Source of the DNA: Acutalibacteraceae bacterium
GTDB taxonomy: Bacteria > Bacillota > Clostridia > Oscillospirales > Acutalibacteraceae
DNA: 64,000 nt
Reading direction: 5' to 3'
Assembly (NCBI GenBank): GCA_045603665.1
Contig: JAZUMO010000090.1
Span: forward strand, 3,503-67,502
Under the pieces are notes generated by a model. It did not search any database. It saw only the letters and a list, made by a program, of their open reading frames with translations, and was not told where the DNA came from. The translations under genes and the position numbers were made by a program. Shown here in pieces: positions 19,913-29,437 of the stretch; positions within the stretch are counted from its first letter, which is position 1, and each line of letters opens with the position of its first letter.

Positions 19913-20910
19913 TCGGTTAACCTCACACTTACTTCATATTTTTTATAATCGGAATTTCCTTTTATTTTCACTGTATATCCCATATCGGAAAGCTTCAGTA
20001 TATTCAACTTTCTCTGACCTGATGCCATCGAAATAAAAGGACTTCCGACAGTAACTTCTATTTTTGCATTTATAATTTTCAATTTTTCAAGCTCATCCTT
20101 AATAAGCTTTAAGTATATCCTGCTTTCAGCAAGCTCTCTGAATGCAGGGTGATATGCTCCAGCCACAAAGCCCTCTTCAACATTTCCGCCCGAATGAAGA
20201 CCGAGCCTTATTACCTTTATGTCTGCCTTATGAAACATCAGAAGAAGCTCTGCACAAAGCTCAGCCGCCTCCTCAGTACTCTGAGGAGTATACTTCCCTT
20301 TTTCATAAAGGGAAGCGAGAGCAGTATTTTCAAGAACGACAGTCGGATAAATTCTGGCTGTGTCGGGAGAAAGAGAAATAAGCTTACGGGCCGTTTCAAG
20401 TGATTTTTCTTTTGTATCACCGTAAAGTCCCATCATCATCTGCACCCCGAATTCAAAGCCGAAGCTTTTTATAAGACGGGCAGCTTCAATTATATGTGAC
20501 GATGTATGACCTCTTTCGTTAAGAAGAAGCACCTCGTCGTCCATACTCTGACAGCCAAGTTCAATAGATGTGACCTTGTTTTCTTTTAAAAGAGTAAGAA
20601 TTTCTGCATCAATACAGTCGGGACGGGTAGAAATTCTTATTCCTTTAAACAGTCCTTTATCAACATACTCCCTTGCCTTTTTCAGTAAGGAAAGCATATA
20701 CCCTCTTTCGATTGCCGTAAAGCTTCCGCCGAAAAAAGCAATTTCACCGTCTGAGCATTCAGATGATGCAAGTGCTGTTTCAACTGCCCTTTCAATGTCA
20801 GAAACAGTAAGAGGACGGCTTTTACCTGAAATTGTTTTCTGGTTGCAGAAGCTGCATCTGTGAGGGCATCCCTCGTCAGGCACGAACAGTGCAACATTTA
20901 TATGATTCAA
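19909..20910 (-). CDS. Radical SAM protein (ELP3/MiaB-like superfamily, function unassigned)
   Basis: CPHRCSFCNQ CxxxCxxC cluster motif near the N-terminus. 4-nt overlaps with both rnc and smc. Confidence 0.8.
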   Translation of the reverse strand: MNHINVALFVPDEGCPHRCSFCNQKTISGKSRPLTVSDIERAVETALASSECSDGEIAFFGGSFTAIERGYMLSLLKKAREYVDKGLFKGIRISTRPDCIDAEILTLLKENKVTSIELGCQSMDDEVLLLNERGHTSSHIIEAARLIKSFGFEFGVQMMMGLYGDTKEKSLETARKLISLSPDTARIYPTVVLENTALASLYEKGKYTPQSTEEAAELCAELLLMFHKADIKVIRLGLHSGGNVEEGFVAGAYHPAFRELAESRIYLKLIKDELEKLKIINAKIEVTVGSPFISMASGQRKLNILKLSDMGYTVKIKGNSDYKKYEVSVRLTE

Positions 20911-21587
20911 AACTTTACTCCCATAAGCTCAAGAGCCTGCTTTGCCGCTTGCTGCTCAGCTATTTTTTTGCTTTTACCCTTACCGCAGCCGATTGGATTG
21001 CTGTTGAGATAAACTTCAACCTCAAAGCGCTTATCATGGTCGGGTCCGCTTTCGCCAACAACAGCATATGAAAGATGCTCGTCGGGGTTTTTCTGGATAA
21101 TTTCCTGCAAAACTGTCTTATAATCAACAAATGAAAGCTGTTCAAGAGCGGCCTTTTTAACGAAATCTAGTACGAACTTACGGGCACTTTCAAGTCCTCC
21201 GTCAAGATAAATTGCACCGATAACCGCTTCAAAGGCATCAGCTAGAATTGAAGCACGCTTTCTTCCGCCCATTCTTTCCTCACCCTTACCGAGGAGTATG
21301 TAATCACCGAGATTGATTTCCTTTGCAAACCTGTGAAGAGATTTTTCGCAGGCACACGCGGCTCTCTTTTTTGTCATCTCACCCTCGGGAAGATGATTAA
21401 GATTATGATAAAAATATTCAGCGGTAATTATTCCAAGTACTGAGTCACCCAAAAACTCCAGTCTCTCATTACATTCACCGTTGAGATGTTTTTCGTTGGC
21501 ATAGGATGAATGGGTAAGTGCGGTCTGCAAAAGACCTTTATCTTTAAATTCGTAGTCTATGACCTTTTCAAAGTCTGCCGCAGTCAT
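20907..21587 (-). CDS. rnc: Ribonuclease III
   Basis: ERLEFLGDSVL signature and a C-terminal dsRBD (GKGKSKKIAEQQAAKQAL). Confidence 0.93.
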   Translation of the reverse strand: MTAADFEKVIDYEFKDKGLLQTALTHSSYANEKHLNGECNERLEFLGDSVLGIITAEYFYHNLNHLPEGEMTKKRAACACEKSLHRFAKEINLGDYILLGKGEERMGGRKRASILADAFEAVIGAIYLDGGLESARKFVLDFVKKAALEQLSFVDYKTVLQEIIQKNPDEHLSYAVVGESGPDHDKRFEVEVYLNSNPIGCGKGKSKKIAEQQAAKQALELMGVKF

Positions 21588-22904
21588 TTATTTCTCCCCT
21601 CCGTTCAGATAGTTTTCAAAATCGCTTAATCCTCTTTGTGATAAAGCCATATAACGTTCTTTTTTATCTCTTATTTTCGGCTCAATGGGCGGCAAAACAC
21701 CGAAGTTCGCACCCATAGGCTGAAAGTTTGTGACCGTCGGATCACTTATATAGCGGCTTAATGCTCCTATCATTGTCGTTTCAGGTAAAATCAGAGCCTC
21801 TTCACCTTTAAGACGGCGGAGCATATTAATTCCAGCCATAATTCCCGAAGCCGCTGATTCCATATATCCTTCAACGCCGGTTATCTGACCGGCAAAGAAG
21901 AGAGAAGGTCTTTTTCTGAAGCTGAAATCACCGTCAAGAAGCCTCGGAGAATCAACAAAGGTATTTCTGTGCATTACTCCGTAGCGCACAAATTCAGCAT
22001 TTTTCAAAGCAGGAATCATTGAAAATACTCTCTTCTGCTCACCGAATTTGAGATTGGTCTGAAAGCCGACGAGGTTAAAGAGTGTTCCGCTGCTATTTTC
22101 CTTTCGAAGCTGAAGAACTGCCCAGGGTCGGTGACCGGTTCTCGGATCACGCAGGCCAACTGGCTTCAGCGGTCCGAAGCGCATAGTGTCCTTGCCTCTT
22201 GAGGCCATAACCTCAATGGGCATACAGCCTTCATAAACATCTTTTCGCTTATCAAAGGAATGAACCTCAGCACTTTCGGCATTAATGAGTGCCTCATAAA
22301 AGGCCTCATACTCCTCTTTATTCATCGGACAGTTGATATAGTCATCCTCACCGCCTCTTTCATATCTTGAGGCACAGAAGGCACTTTCCATATCAATGCT
22401 TTCGAGAGTGACAATAGGAGCTGCGGCATCAAAGAAATGAAGTCCGCTGCCGCATATTCCAGCTATTTTTTCGCTCAGGGCGTCACTGGCGAGAGGCCCA
22501 GCGGCAATTATTACATTTCCCTCAGGAATACACGTAACCTCTTCGTTAATAACGGTGATATTCGGATGAGAAGAAATCTTTTCGGTTATGAGACGCGAAA
22601 ACTCGTCTCTGTCAACGGCAAGAGCACCACCTGCGGGCACCTTGCATTTGTAAGCACATTCAATACAGATTGATCCGAGTCTTCGCATTTCTTCCTTGAG
22701 AAGACCGGCTGCAGATTCAATTCTTTCCGCCTTAAGTGAGTTGGAGCATACAAGCTCGGCAAAGGTCGGCTTTTTATGAGCAGGAGAATATTTTACAGGC
22801 TTCATTTCATAAAGCTCGGTTTTAATTCCTGCATTTGCTGTCTGCCACGCCGCTTCAACACCTGCAAAACCTGCGCCTATTACTTTTACTGTTTCACTGC
22901 TCAT
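21588..22904 (-). CDS. trmFO: Methylenetetrahydrofolate--tRNA-(uracil54-C5)-methyltransferase TrmFO
   Basis: 438 aa. FAD fold VIGAGFAGVEAA, GidA-related body, and conserved dprA-topA-trmFO context. Confidence 0.9.
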   Translation of the reverse strand: MSSETVKVIGAGFAGVEAAWQTANAGIKTELYEMKPVKYSPAHKKPTFAELVCSNSLKAERIESAAGLLKEEMRRLGSICIECAYKCKVPAGGALAVDRDEFSRLITEKISSHPNITVINEEVTCIPEGNVIIAAGPLASDALSEKIAGICGSGLHFFDAAAPIVTLESIDMESAFCASRYERGGEDDYINCPMNKEEYEAFYEALINAESAEVHSFDKRKDVYEGCMPIEVMASRGKDTMRFGPLKPVGLRDPRTGHRPWAVLQLRKENSSGTLFNLVGFQTNLKFGEQKRVFSMIPALKNAEFVRYGVMHRNTFVDSPRLLDGDFSFRKRPSLFFAGQITGVEGYMESAASGIMAGINMLRRLKGEEALILPETTMIGALSRYISDPTVTNFQPMGANFGVLPPIEPKIRDKKERYMALSQRGLSDFENYLNGGEK

Positions 22905-22925
22905 TTTTTCACCGCTTTCATAATT

Positions 22926-25025
22926 TTATTCGCCTTTTTTCTTTCGTGTAGCCTTTGCTGAATAGCCGCACTTTTCATCAAGACAGTTGAGCATTCCGCC
23001 CTTTGCCTTGAAGAGTGATTTTCCACACTTGGGACATTTTTCATTTGTAGGCTTATCCCAGGTCATAAAGTTACATTCAGGCCATTTGTCACAGCCGAAG
23101 AAGGTGTAGCCTCTCTTGGATTTCTTTGAAATAACCTTACCGCCGCAAAGAGGACAGACTGCATCGGTTTCAACTACATAAGGCTTTGTTGTCTTACACT
23201 CCGGATAAGCAGGACAGGCAAGGAATTTACCGAATCTGCCAACCTTTATAACCATCATTCTGCCGCATTTTTCACAGGGAATATCTGTTTCATCTTCCTT
23301 AAGCTGAATCTTTACACCGTCCATTTCAGACTTTGCCTTCTGAAGAGTTTCCTCGAAGCCGTCATAAAATTCATGGAGCATTTTAATATAATCCTGCGTG
23401 CCCTCACCTACACGGTCAAGGTCAGATTCAAGCTGTGCGGTAAACTTGATATTTACAATGTTTTTGAACTTCTCTTTAAGAAGATTTACTATGGCCTCAC
23501 CAAGCTCTGTGGGAACAAGCTGCTTAGATTTTCTTACGACGTATTCACGCTTTACGATGGTTGAAATTATCGTAGCATAGGTACTCGGTCTGCCGACGCC
23601 GTTTTCCTCGAGGGTTTTGATAAGCGACTCTTCGGTATATCTTGCGGGAGGCTGAGTGAAGTGCTGTTCTTTATCGAGAGTCTTAAGCTTAAGGTCATCA
23701 CCGTCGTTGATGCCCTCGGGAAGCTTTGACTTGTCTTCTTCCTTGTCACCAAGGTCGTAAAGCACTGTAAAGCCGTCAAATTTTACCGAATAACCGCTTG
23801 CTGTAAAGAGACAGTATTTGTCTTCACTGTCCTTTACCCCTTTGATTTCGAGCTTCTGTGTGTTCTGGACACAGGAAGCCATAAGTGAAGCCACAAAGCG
23901 GTTCCAGATAAGTGTGTAAAGCTTGAACTGCTCAGGTGAAAGGCTGTCCTTAACCATAGCAGGTGTAAGAGAAACCGTTGAAGGTCTGATTGCTTCGTGT
24001 CCGTCTTGAGCATTACTTCTTGATTTATAATATCGGGGCTTTTCGGGAAGATATTTTGCACCGAAGTTATCTCGAATATAATCCTCCGTTGCTCTTCTTG
24101 CCTCTTCGGAAATACGCAGGGAGTCCGTTCTCATATAGGTTATAAGACCGATTGAGCCGTAGCCGGGTACCGTAACACCTTCATAAAGCTCCTGAGCAAT
24201 TTTCATTGTTCTTTCAGCTCGGAAGCCAAGCTTCTTTGAAGCCTCCTGCTGCAGAGTCGAGGTGATAAAGGGAGGTGCGGGATTTTTCTTTCTCGTACCG
24301 TTTTTAAGGGAGCTGATAAAATATCTCGCTCCATCAAGCCTTGAAATCACCTCGTCGGTCTGAGCCTCATTTTTAAGCTCGATTTTGCCCGTTTCGTCAC
24401 CGTAGAAGGAAGCAGTAAGCACCTTTCTTGAAACATTGAATTTCGCTTCAAGAGTCCAGTATTCCTCGGGTACAAAGGCACGGATTTCGTTTTCACGGTC
24501 AACAATCATTCTTACGGCAACACTCTGCACACGGCCTGCAGAAAGACCTCTTCGGATTTTCTGTGAAACGAAGGGGCTGAGCTTATAGCCGACGAGACGG
24601 TCAAGAATTCGTCTTGCTTGCTGAGCATTGACGAGATCAAGGTCAACCTTACGGGGATTGGCCATACCGTTTTTTACACCGGTTTTGGTAATTTCGTTAA
24701 AGGTAACACGATTACTTTTATTAAGGTCAAGACCTAAAATTTCAGCAAGATGCCAAGAAATTGCTTCTCCCTCACGGTCAGGGTCAGTTGCGAGAAAAAC
24801 CTCATCACTTTCGGCAATAGCAGCCTTAAGTTCCTTGACGAGCTTTTCCTTTCCTTTTACTATGCTATATTTAGGCGCGAAGTCATTTTTGACATCAACA
24901 CTGAGTCTTGCCGCAGGTAAATCTCTGATATGTCCTTTGGAAGCAACAATAGTAAAGCCGCTTCCGAGGTAGTTTTTGAGAGTTTTAGCCTTTGAGGGAG
25001 ACTCGACAATAATTAAATTTGCCAT
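22926..25025 (-). CDS. topA: DNA topoisomerase I
   Basis: Toprim start MANLIIVESPSKAKT; catalytic region; C-terminal Cys4 zinc ribbons (CEKCGRMM..CP, CPLCGG, CPKCGK). The track start at 25034 is a GTG inside the RBS AAAGGTGA. ATG at 25025. Confidence 0.93.
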   Translation of the reverse strand: MANLIIVESPSKAKTLKNYLGSGFTIVASKGHIRDLPAARLSVDVKNDFAPKYSIVKGKEKLVKELKAAIAESDEVFLATDPDREGEAISWHLAEILGLDLNKSNRVTFNEITKTGVKNGMANPRKVDLDLVNAQQARRILDRLVGYKLSPFVSQKIRRGLSAGRVQSVAVRMIVDRENEIRAFVPEEYWTLEAKFNVSRKVLTASFYGDETGKIELKNEAQTDEVISRLDGARYFISSLKNGTRKKNPAPPFITSTLQQEASKKLGFRAERTMKIAQELYEGVTVPGYGSIGLITYMRTDSLRISEEARRATEDYIRDNFGAKYLPEKPRYYKSRSNAQDGHEAIRPSTVSLTPAMVKDSLSPEQFKLYTLIWNRFVASLMASCVQNTQKLEIKGVKDSEDKYCLFTASGYSVKFDGFTVLYDLGDKEEDKSKLPEGINDGDDLKLKTLDKEQHFTQPPARYTEESLIKTLEENGVGRPSTYATIISTIVKREYVVRKSKQLVPTELGEAIVNLLKEKFKNIVNIKFTAQLESDLDRVGEGTQDYIKMLHEFYDGFEETLQKAKSEMDGVKIQLKEDETDIPCEKCGRMMVIKVGRFGKFLACPAYPECKTTKPYVVETDAVCPLCGGKVISKKSKRGYTFFGCDKWPECNFMTWDKPTNEKCPKCGKSLFKAKGGMLNCLDEKCGYSAKATRKKKGE

Positions 25026-25046
25026 ATATTTCACCTTTTCATAAAT

Positions 25047-26264
25047 TTATTGATTAAGACGGTAGCTGTCGGCACCTATCTTTGAGGCAATGCCGTTCAT
25101 TTCAAGCTCCGTGAGAGCAGAAAGGACACTTCGCACTTCAAGACCCGATTCACGGATAATGCTGTCAAAGTCACATATACCGTCGGACATTATATTATAC
25201 ACTATTCCTGCATTTTTAGAAATAGTTTCCAGATTAATTTTTTGATTTTTCAGGATATTTTTTTCTTCCTGCTGTATTTTTTCCGTTTCTTTTAACTTTT
25301 TGGAAGATTTTTTCTTCCCTCTCTTTTTGTAAGAAGAGGCTTCTTCTTCAATATGTTCAAAAGGCAGACCTGATTTCGGCACATAAATCCTCGTTATTTT
25401 TGCACCGGGAATTATATCCCTCGCGGAAAACACCGGCTTTGCACCTTCGGTTATAAGCTGATTCGAGCCTTCGTAATTTCCGCTTTTGATGTCACCGGGT
25501 AAAACAAATAAGCTTCTTCCTTGTCTGATTGCGTGTCTTGCCGTACTGAAGGTTCCGCTGTACTTTGCCGCTTCGGAAATAACCACACCCTCTGACATAC
25601 CCGAAATAATTCTGTTCCTTTGAGGAAAGGATCCGGGAGTCACATTTGTATAGGGCGGAAATTCGGTTACAAGAGCACCGTTTTCGGCAACTCTTTTTCT
25701 CAAAATACTGTTTTCGGGCAAATAACCTGTGCCGTGTCCGCAGCCCATAACAAGTACGGTTTTGCCGCCGCACTCAATGGCTGTACGGTGAGCAATAGTA
25801 TCAATTCCGACAGCGCCGCCACTGACGATAAGAACATCATTTTCGCAAAGCTGACTGACAATGGTCTGTGTGGCCTCTTCGCCGTATTTTGACGGTGTTC
25901 TGCTGCCAATGACACCATAGACCTTTTCTGCAGTAAGACACCTGAAGTCACCTCTTACATAAAGAGCGAGAGGAAAATTTTCAATTTCAAGGAGCTTTTT
26001 GGGGTAGTAAATACTGTCGGGAGTAACAATATGAATCTTATGCTTTCGGCAAAAATCAAAGATATCGTAATATTTTTCGATGTCCTCATCCTTCATTTTG
26101 CCTATCATTTGGGGACCGTAACCTTTAATGTGAGCTATTCTCAGGGCCTCGGAGGATGCTTCATAAACACCTTTAGCATCTTCAAAGGTATCAATTAGCT
26201 CCTTTACAGGCTTTGCATAGCCCGACACACCCTGAAGCCAGAGCCAGTATATTTCCTTTTCCAT
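25047..26264 (-). CDS. dprA: DNA-processing protein DprA
   Basis: Rossmann-like DprA core (GSRTPS.YG, SGGAVGID, FPQRNRIISG) plus a C-terminal winged-helix, joined by a Lys-rich linker. Confidence 0.88.
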   Translation of the reverse strand: MEKEIYWLWLQGVSGYAKPVKELIDTFEDAKGVYEASSEALRIAHIKGYGPQMIGKMKDEDIEKYYDIFDFCRKHKIHIVTPDSIYYPKKLLEIENFPLALYVRGDFRCLTAEKVYGVIGSRTPSKYGEEATQTIVSQLCENDVLIVSGGAVGIDTIAHRTAIECGGKTVLVMGCGHGTGYLPENSILRKRVAENGALVTEFPPYTNVTPGSFPQRNRIISGMSEGVVISEAAKYSGTFSTARHAIRQGRSLFVLPGDIKSGNYEGSNQLITEGAKPVFSARDIIPGAKITRIYVPKSGLPFEHIEEEASSYKKRGKKKSSKKLKETEKIQQEEKNILKNQKINLETISKNAGIVYNIMSDGICDFDSIIRESGLEVRSVLSALTELEMNGIASKIGADSYRLNQ

Positions 26265-27047
26265 TTATCTCATCATCTCCCACATAGTTATGGCGGCAGC
26301 CATTGAAGCGTTGAGAGATTCGGCATTACCTTGCATAGGTATGGTGATCTTTTTGCAAAGAGAAAACACCTCATCACTGACACCGTTACCTTCGTTGCCG
26401 ATTATACAGACAACTCCACCCTCCATTGACACCTCTGTAATTTTTTCGGATGAGGAGTCAGGTGATGTGGCATAAAGCTTCATCCCCTTTTCTTTGAGCA
26501 TAAGAATATCCTCGGAAAGGCTTTCACTCTCATATATAGGAAGTCGGAGCAAAGAGCCCATAGCCGCCCGCTGACTTTTGGGAGAAAAACGGTCACAGCA
26601 ACCGCATACAATCGCACCGTCAATACCGAGAGCCTCGGCAGTACGGCATATTGCACCGAGATTTGCAGGATCCTGGATATTTTCAAGAGCGATATATTTA
26701 CCCTTTTCATCGATGGATGAGAGAGACATTGACTTCTCTCTTTTACAAAGGCAGTAAAAGCCCTGGGAGCTTTCGGTAAGGGAAAGCTTGGCTGCAACAG
26801 CCTCGGGAATAAGGAAGGCTTCTTCTGCACTTGAAAAGATAAACTCGGCATCCTCGGTAAACCTTTCATATGCCTTATCTGTGACAAAAGCATATCTGAT
26901 AACAGTACCCGTCAGGGCGCTGTCACGGCAAAGCCGAAGACCCTCTAAAAAGAACAGACCTGTCTCTTTTCTTGCCTTTGAAGACTTGGAAATCTTAACG
27001 GCTGTTTTAATTTTTTCATTTGAAACACTGTCAAGTCTGTTCATCAT
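26265..27047 (-). CDS. SpoU/TrmH-family RNA 2'-O-methyltransferase
   Basis: SPOUT motifs NIQDPANLGAI.RTA, IIGNEGNGVS and ESLNASMAAAI. The start is placed at MMNRLD after AAAAGGGG; the upstream track extension lacks an RBS. Confidence 0.8.
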   Translation of the reverse strand: MMNRLDSVSNEKIKTAVKISKSSKARKETGLFFLEGLRLCRDSALTGTVIRYAFVTDKAYERFTEDAEFIFSSAEEAFLIPEAVAAKLSLTESSQGFYCLCKREKSMSLSSIDEKGKYIALENIQDPANLGAICRTAEALGIDGAIVCGCCDRFSPKSQRAAMGSLLRLPIYESESLSEDILMLKEKGMKLYATSPDSSSEKITEVSMEGGVVCIIGNEGNGVSDEVFSLCKKITIPMQGNAESLNASMAAAITMWEMMR

Positions 27048-27093
27048 TTTACCCCTTTTTATATAAATTTTTGTTCCTTTAAAAAACACAAAT

Positions 27094-27121
27094 ACGCCCG
27101 AGAAAAAGTAATCTCGGACGT
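27094..27121 (-). terminator. Rho-independent terminator of the infC-rpmI-rplT operon
   Basis: Minus strand ACGTCCGAG-attactttttc-CTCGGGCGT (9-bp stem) followed by ATTTGTGTTTTTT. Confidence 0.7.
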
Positions 27122-27133
27122 AAATTTTTGAAA

Positions 27134-27487
27134 TTAAAGAGCTGCCTTTGCCTTTTCAACAAGAGCTGTGAAAGCTGCGGGATCAGCAATAGCGATTTCG
27201 GAAAGCATCTTTCTGTTGAGAGTGATATCTGCTTTCTTGAGACCGTTCATAAATGTGGAATAGTTGATTCCGTTAGCCTTGCAAGCTGCTGAAATTCTTG
27301 TGATCCAAAGACGGCGGAAATCTCTCTTCTTCTGCTTTCTGCCGATGTATGCATAGTTGCCTGACTTCATAACAGCCTGCTTAGCTGTCTTGAAGAGGCT
27401 GTGCTTTGAGCCATAGTAGCCTTTAGCAAGCTTTAAAACTTTATTTCTTCTCTTGCGAGTCATCATTGCGCCTTTAATACGAGCCAT
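27134..27487 (-). CDS. rplT: 50S ribosomal protein L20
   Basis: [26 protein letters not shown]... is a canonical L20. Confidence 0.97.
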   Translation of the reverse strand: MARIKGAMMTRKRRNKVLKLAKGYYGSKHSLFKTAKQAVMKSGNYAYIGRKQKKRDFRRLWITRISAACKANGINYSTFMNGLKKADITLNRKMLSEIAIADPAAFTALVEKAKAAL

Positions 27488-27532
27488 GATTAAGTACCTC
27501 CGTTAGTTATTAGAATTAAGTTGTTTTGTGAA

Positions 27533-27730
27533 TTATTTGTAAGGAATAAGACGCTTAATCTGCTTCTCGTTTGTCTTGTCGGCAACAGTTGTCTGACGAA
27601 GACCTCTCTTACGCTTTGTGTTCTTCTTTGTAAGGATGTGTGGCTTGTTTGCCTGATAACGGATGGGCTTACCGTTCTTGGAAAGCTTAAAACGTTTCTT
27701 TGCACCGCTGTGTGTTTTAATTTTAGGCAT
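27533..27730 (-). CDS. rpmI: 50S ribosomal protein L35
   Basis: [15 protein letters not shown]... is a canonical L35. Confidence 0.97.
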   Translation of the reverse strand: MPKIKTHSGAKKRFKLSKNGKPIRYQANKPHILTKKNTKRKRGLRQTTVADKTNEKQIKRLIPYK

Positions 27731-27748
27731 TGTTAATTCCTCCTGTTA

Positions 27749-28273
27749 TTACTTTTTTGGCTTTGGCGCCAGGAACATCATCATTGATTTACCTTCGAGC
27801 TTAGGTGCCTTTTCAAGATTACCGAATTCCATACATGCTTCGGCAAACTGCTGCATTGTGGTGATACCGAGTTCAGTGTGAGCCATTTCACGGCCTCTGA
27901 AGCGGATTGACACCTTTACCTTGTTGCCGCTTGTAAGGAAACGCTTGGCGTGGTTAACCTTTGTTTCGAAGTCATGCGTGTCAATGTTAAGTGAAAGTCT
28001 GATTTCTTTTACTTCAACAACATGTTGATTTTTCTTTGCTTCCTTTTCTCTCTTGGTTTGTTCAAAGCGATACTTTCCGTAGTCCATAATCTTACAAACC
28101 GGTGGAGCTGCGTGGGGAGCAATCAATACAAGGTCGAGATTTTTTTCTTCAGCAATTTTTAAAGCTTCCTCTGAGGACATAATGCCGAGGACTTCACCGT
28201 CACCGAGAATTACACGTACCTCTTTTTCATTGATCTCTTCATTGATTTGCATTTCTTTAATAGCGATGTTCAT
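27749..28273 (-). CDS. infC: Translation initiation factor IF-3
   Basis: INEEINEKEVRVI..DGE.LGI...EAL..A...LDLV is the IF3 N-domain, followed by the C-domain. The start is uncertain: ATG at 28273 lies only 3 nt after GGAGG, so an ATC or ATT start 9-15 nt downstream (ATT at 28261) is possible, as is usual for infC. Confidence 0.9.
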   Translation of the reverse strand: MNIAIKEMQINEEINEKEVRVILGDGEVLGIMSSEEALKIAEEKNLDLVLIAPHAAPPVCKIMDYGKYRFEQTKREKEAKKNQHVVEVKEIRLSLNIDTHDFETKVNHAKRFLTSGNKVKVSIRFRGREMAHTELGITTMQQFAEACMEFGNLEKAPKLEGKSMMMFLAPKPKK

Positions 28274-28426
28274 ACACCTCCAAAAATATTTATCGGTTTT
28301 CCCGAATAAAATCAAAGCGTGAACAGCAAGCCGTTCACGCACCAATACACCACTTAAGAAAGTTAGTTTATTGACCAAGCGGAAACAAAATTCCGAAGGT
28401 GAGAACGCACTGCTCTGCTTTGTTGT
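28274..28426 (-). promoter_or_regulatory. Untranslated leader of infC-rpmI-rplT with attenuator hairpin (L20-leader-like)
   Basis: About 150 nt lie between the promoter and the start codon. Minus strand GCGTGAACGG-cttg-CTGTTCACGC (28317-28340) is followed by TTTGATTTTATT. The arrangement matches the L20-autoregulated leader known from Firmicutes; I cannot verify the rRNA-mimic fold by eye. Confidence 0.5.
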
Positions 28427-28432
28427 GCAGAT

Positions 28433-28461
28433 ATATTATCACACAGTGCGCTTTTTGTCAA
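28433..28461 (-). promoter_or_regulatory. SigA-type promoter of the infC operon
   Basis: Minus strand TTGACA, 17 nt, TAATAT. Confidence 0.7.
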
Positions 28462-28483
28462 TAGTTTTTTTTGAAAAATTTTA

Positions 28484-29341
28484 TTAATATGCTATCCCCT
28501 TCATATCGAGATATTCCTCAAGGCAAAGACCGCTGTTTTTGATGTCCTCGGCATACTCAACACCAACATATCTCCAATGCCAGGGCTCATCAACTATACC
28601 CGTAATATTCATCTTGTCAGCTGTATATCTGAGTATAAACCCGTATTTATGTGCATTTTCCGTCAGCCACTTATATTCCTCAGTTTGTGCAAAAGAATCT
28701 TTTGTATTGCAAATATCCATAGCGAGACCTAAATTATGCTCACTTGTGCCGGGAGGAAGAATAACCGTTGCCGCCTTCTTTGCCGCTGCCTTTCGTGAAA
28801 GACCGTAGCGGGACATATAATCCTCGGTAAGGTTTTTATAGTTTCTTTCCTGTCTTTCATAAGAACGGTAGCCTGAATAAGGAGTAAGAATTATGCCCTC
28901 TTTTTTCGCAGCCTTGTACATTTCTTCATAGTGCGGCACAACCCTTGCATCCATATAGTAGCCCGTTGAAAGAATCTCCTTAAGTTCAGGCTTATAGTCA
29001 CGGGGCATCTCTCTGCTCATATTGACAACAACAAGATTCCACAGCTTTTGTTTCGGATTAATTACGATTCTGTCTGCTTCATCTTCATCATCAGTATTTT
29101 TCTTTGTAGTTATTTCTTTTTGAGTGGTCGTTTCTTTTTGAACAGTTGTTTCATTCACCGTAGTATTTTCATCTGAAGCATCTTCGGTAAAAGGCTCATC
29201 GGAAAAAGGCTTTACATCAACCGAAGATAAAGCCATAACCGCTGCAAGAGAACAGACTACCGCAGCCACAGAAGCTACAGCAACCGTCATAATATTTTTT
29301 TTGTTTTGCTTTTTCTTCTTCATAATTCTCACTGCCTGCAT
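28484..29341 (-). CDS. Membrane-anchored D-alanyl-D-alanine carboxypeptidase (peptidase M15B, VanY-like)
   Basis: Lys-rich N-terminus plus a TM segment, a Thr/Glu-rich linker, and M15 motifs SGYRSY, SEHNLGLAMD and WHWRYVG. Confidence 0.85.
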   Translation of the reverse strand: MQAVRIMKKKKQNKKNIMTVAVASVAAVVCSLAAVMALSSVDVKPFSDEPFTEDASDENTTVNETTVQKETTTQKEITTKKNTDDEDEADRIVINPKQKLWNLVVVNMSREMPRDYKPELKEILSTGYYMDARVVPHYEEMYKAAKKEGIILTPYSGYRSYERQERNYKNLTEDYMSRYGLSRKAAAKKAATVILPPGTSEHNLGLAMDICNTKDSFAQTEEYKWLTENAHKYGFILRYTADKMNITGIVDEPWHWRYVGVEYAEDIKNSGLCLEEYLDMKGIAY

Positions 29342-29437
29342 TTTTTATATATTATATCATCACAGCCGCAGCAAAGTCAATTACAATATAATTAACAAAC
29401 AAAAAAGGTACCGCAATGCAGTACCCTTTCTTATTAA

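Noticed and set aside
27490-27736. 71-aa ORFs at 27490..27705(-) and 27521..27736(+).
   Set aside because: They overlap rpmI, whose product is an unmistakable L35. They are out-of-frame or antisense shadows.
28274-28378. N-terminal 35-codon extension of infC in the ORF track (209-aa version).
   Set aside because: The extension overlaps the leader hairpin and U-tract, has no RBS, and has no similarity to IF3. It is an artefact of an open frame through the 5' UTR.
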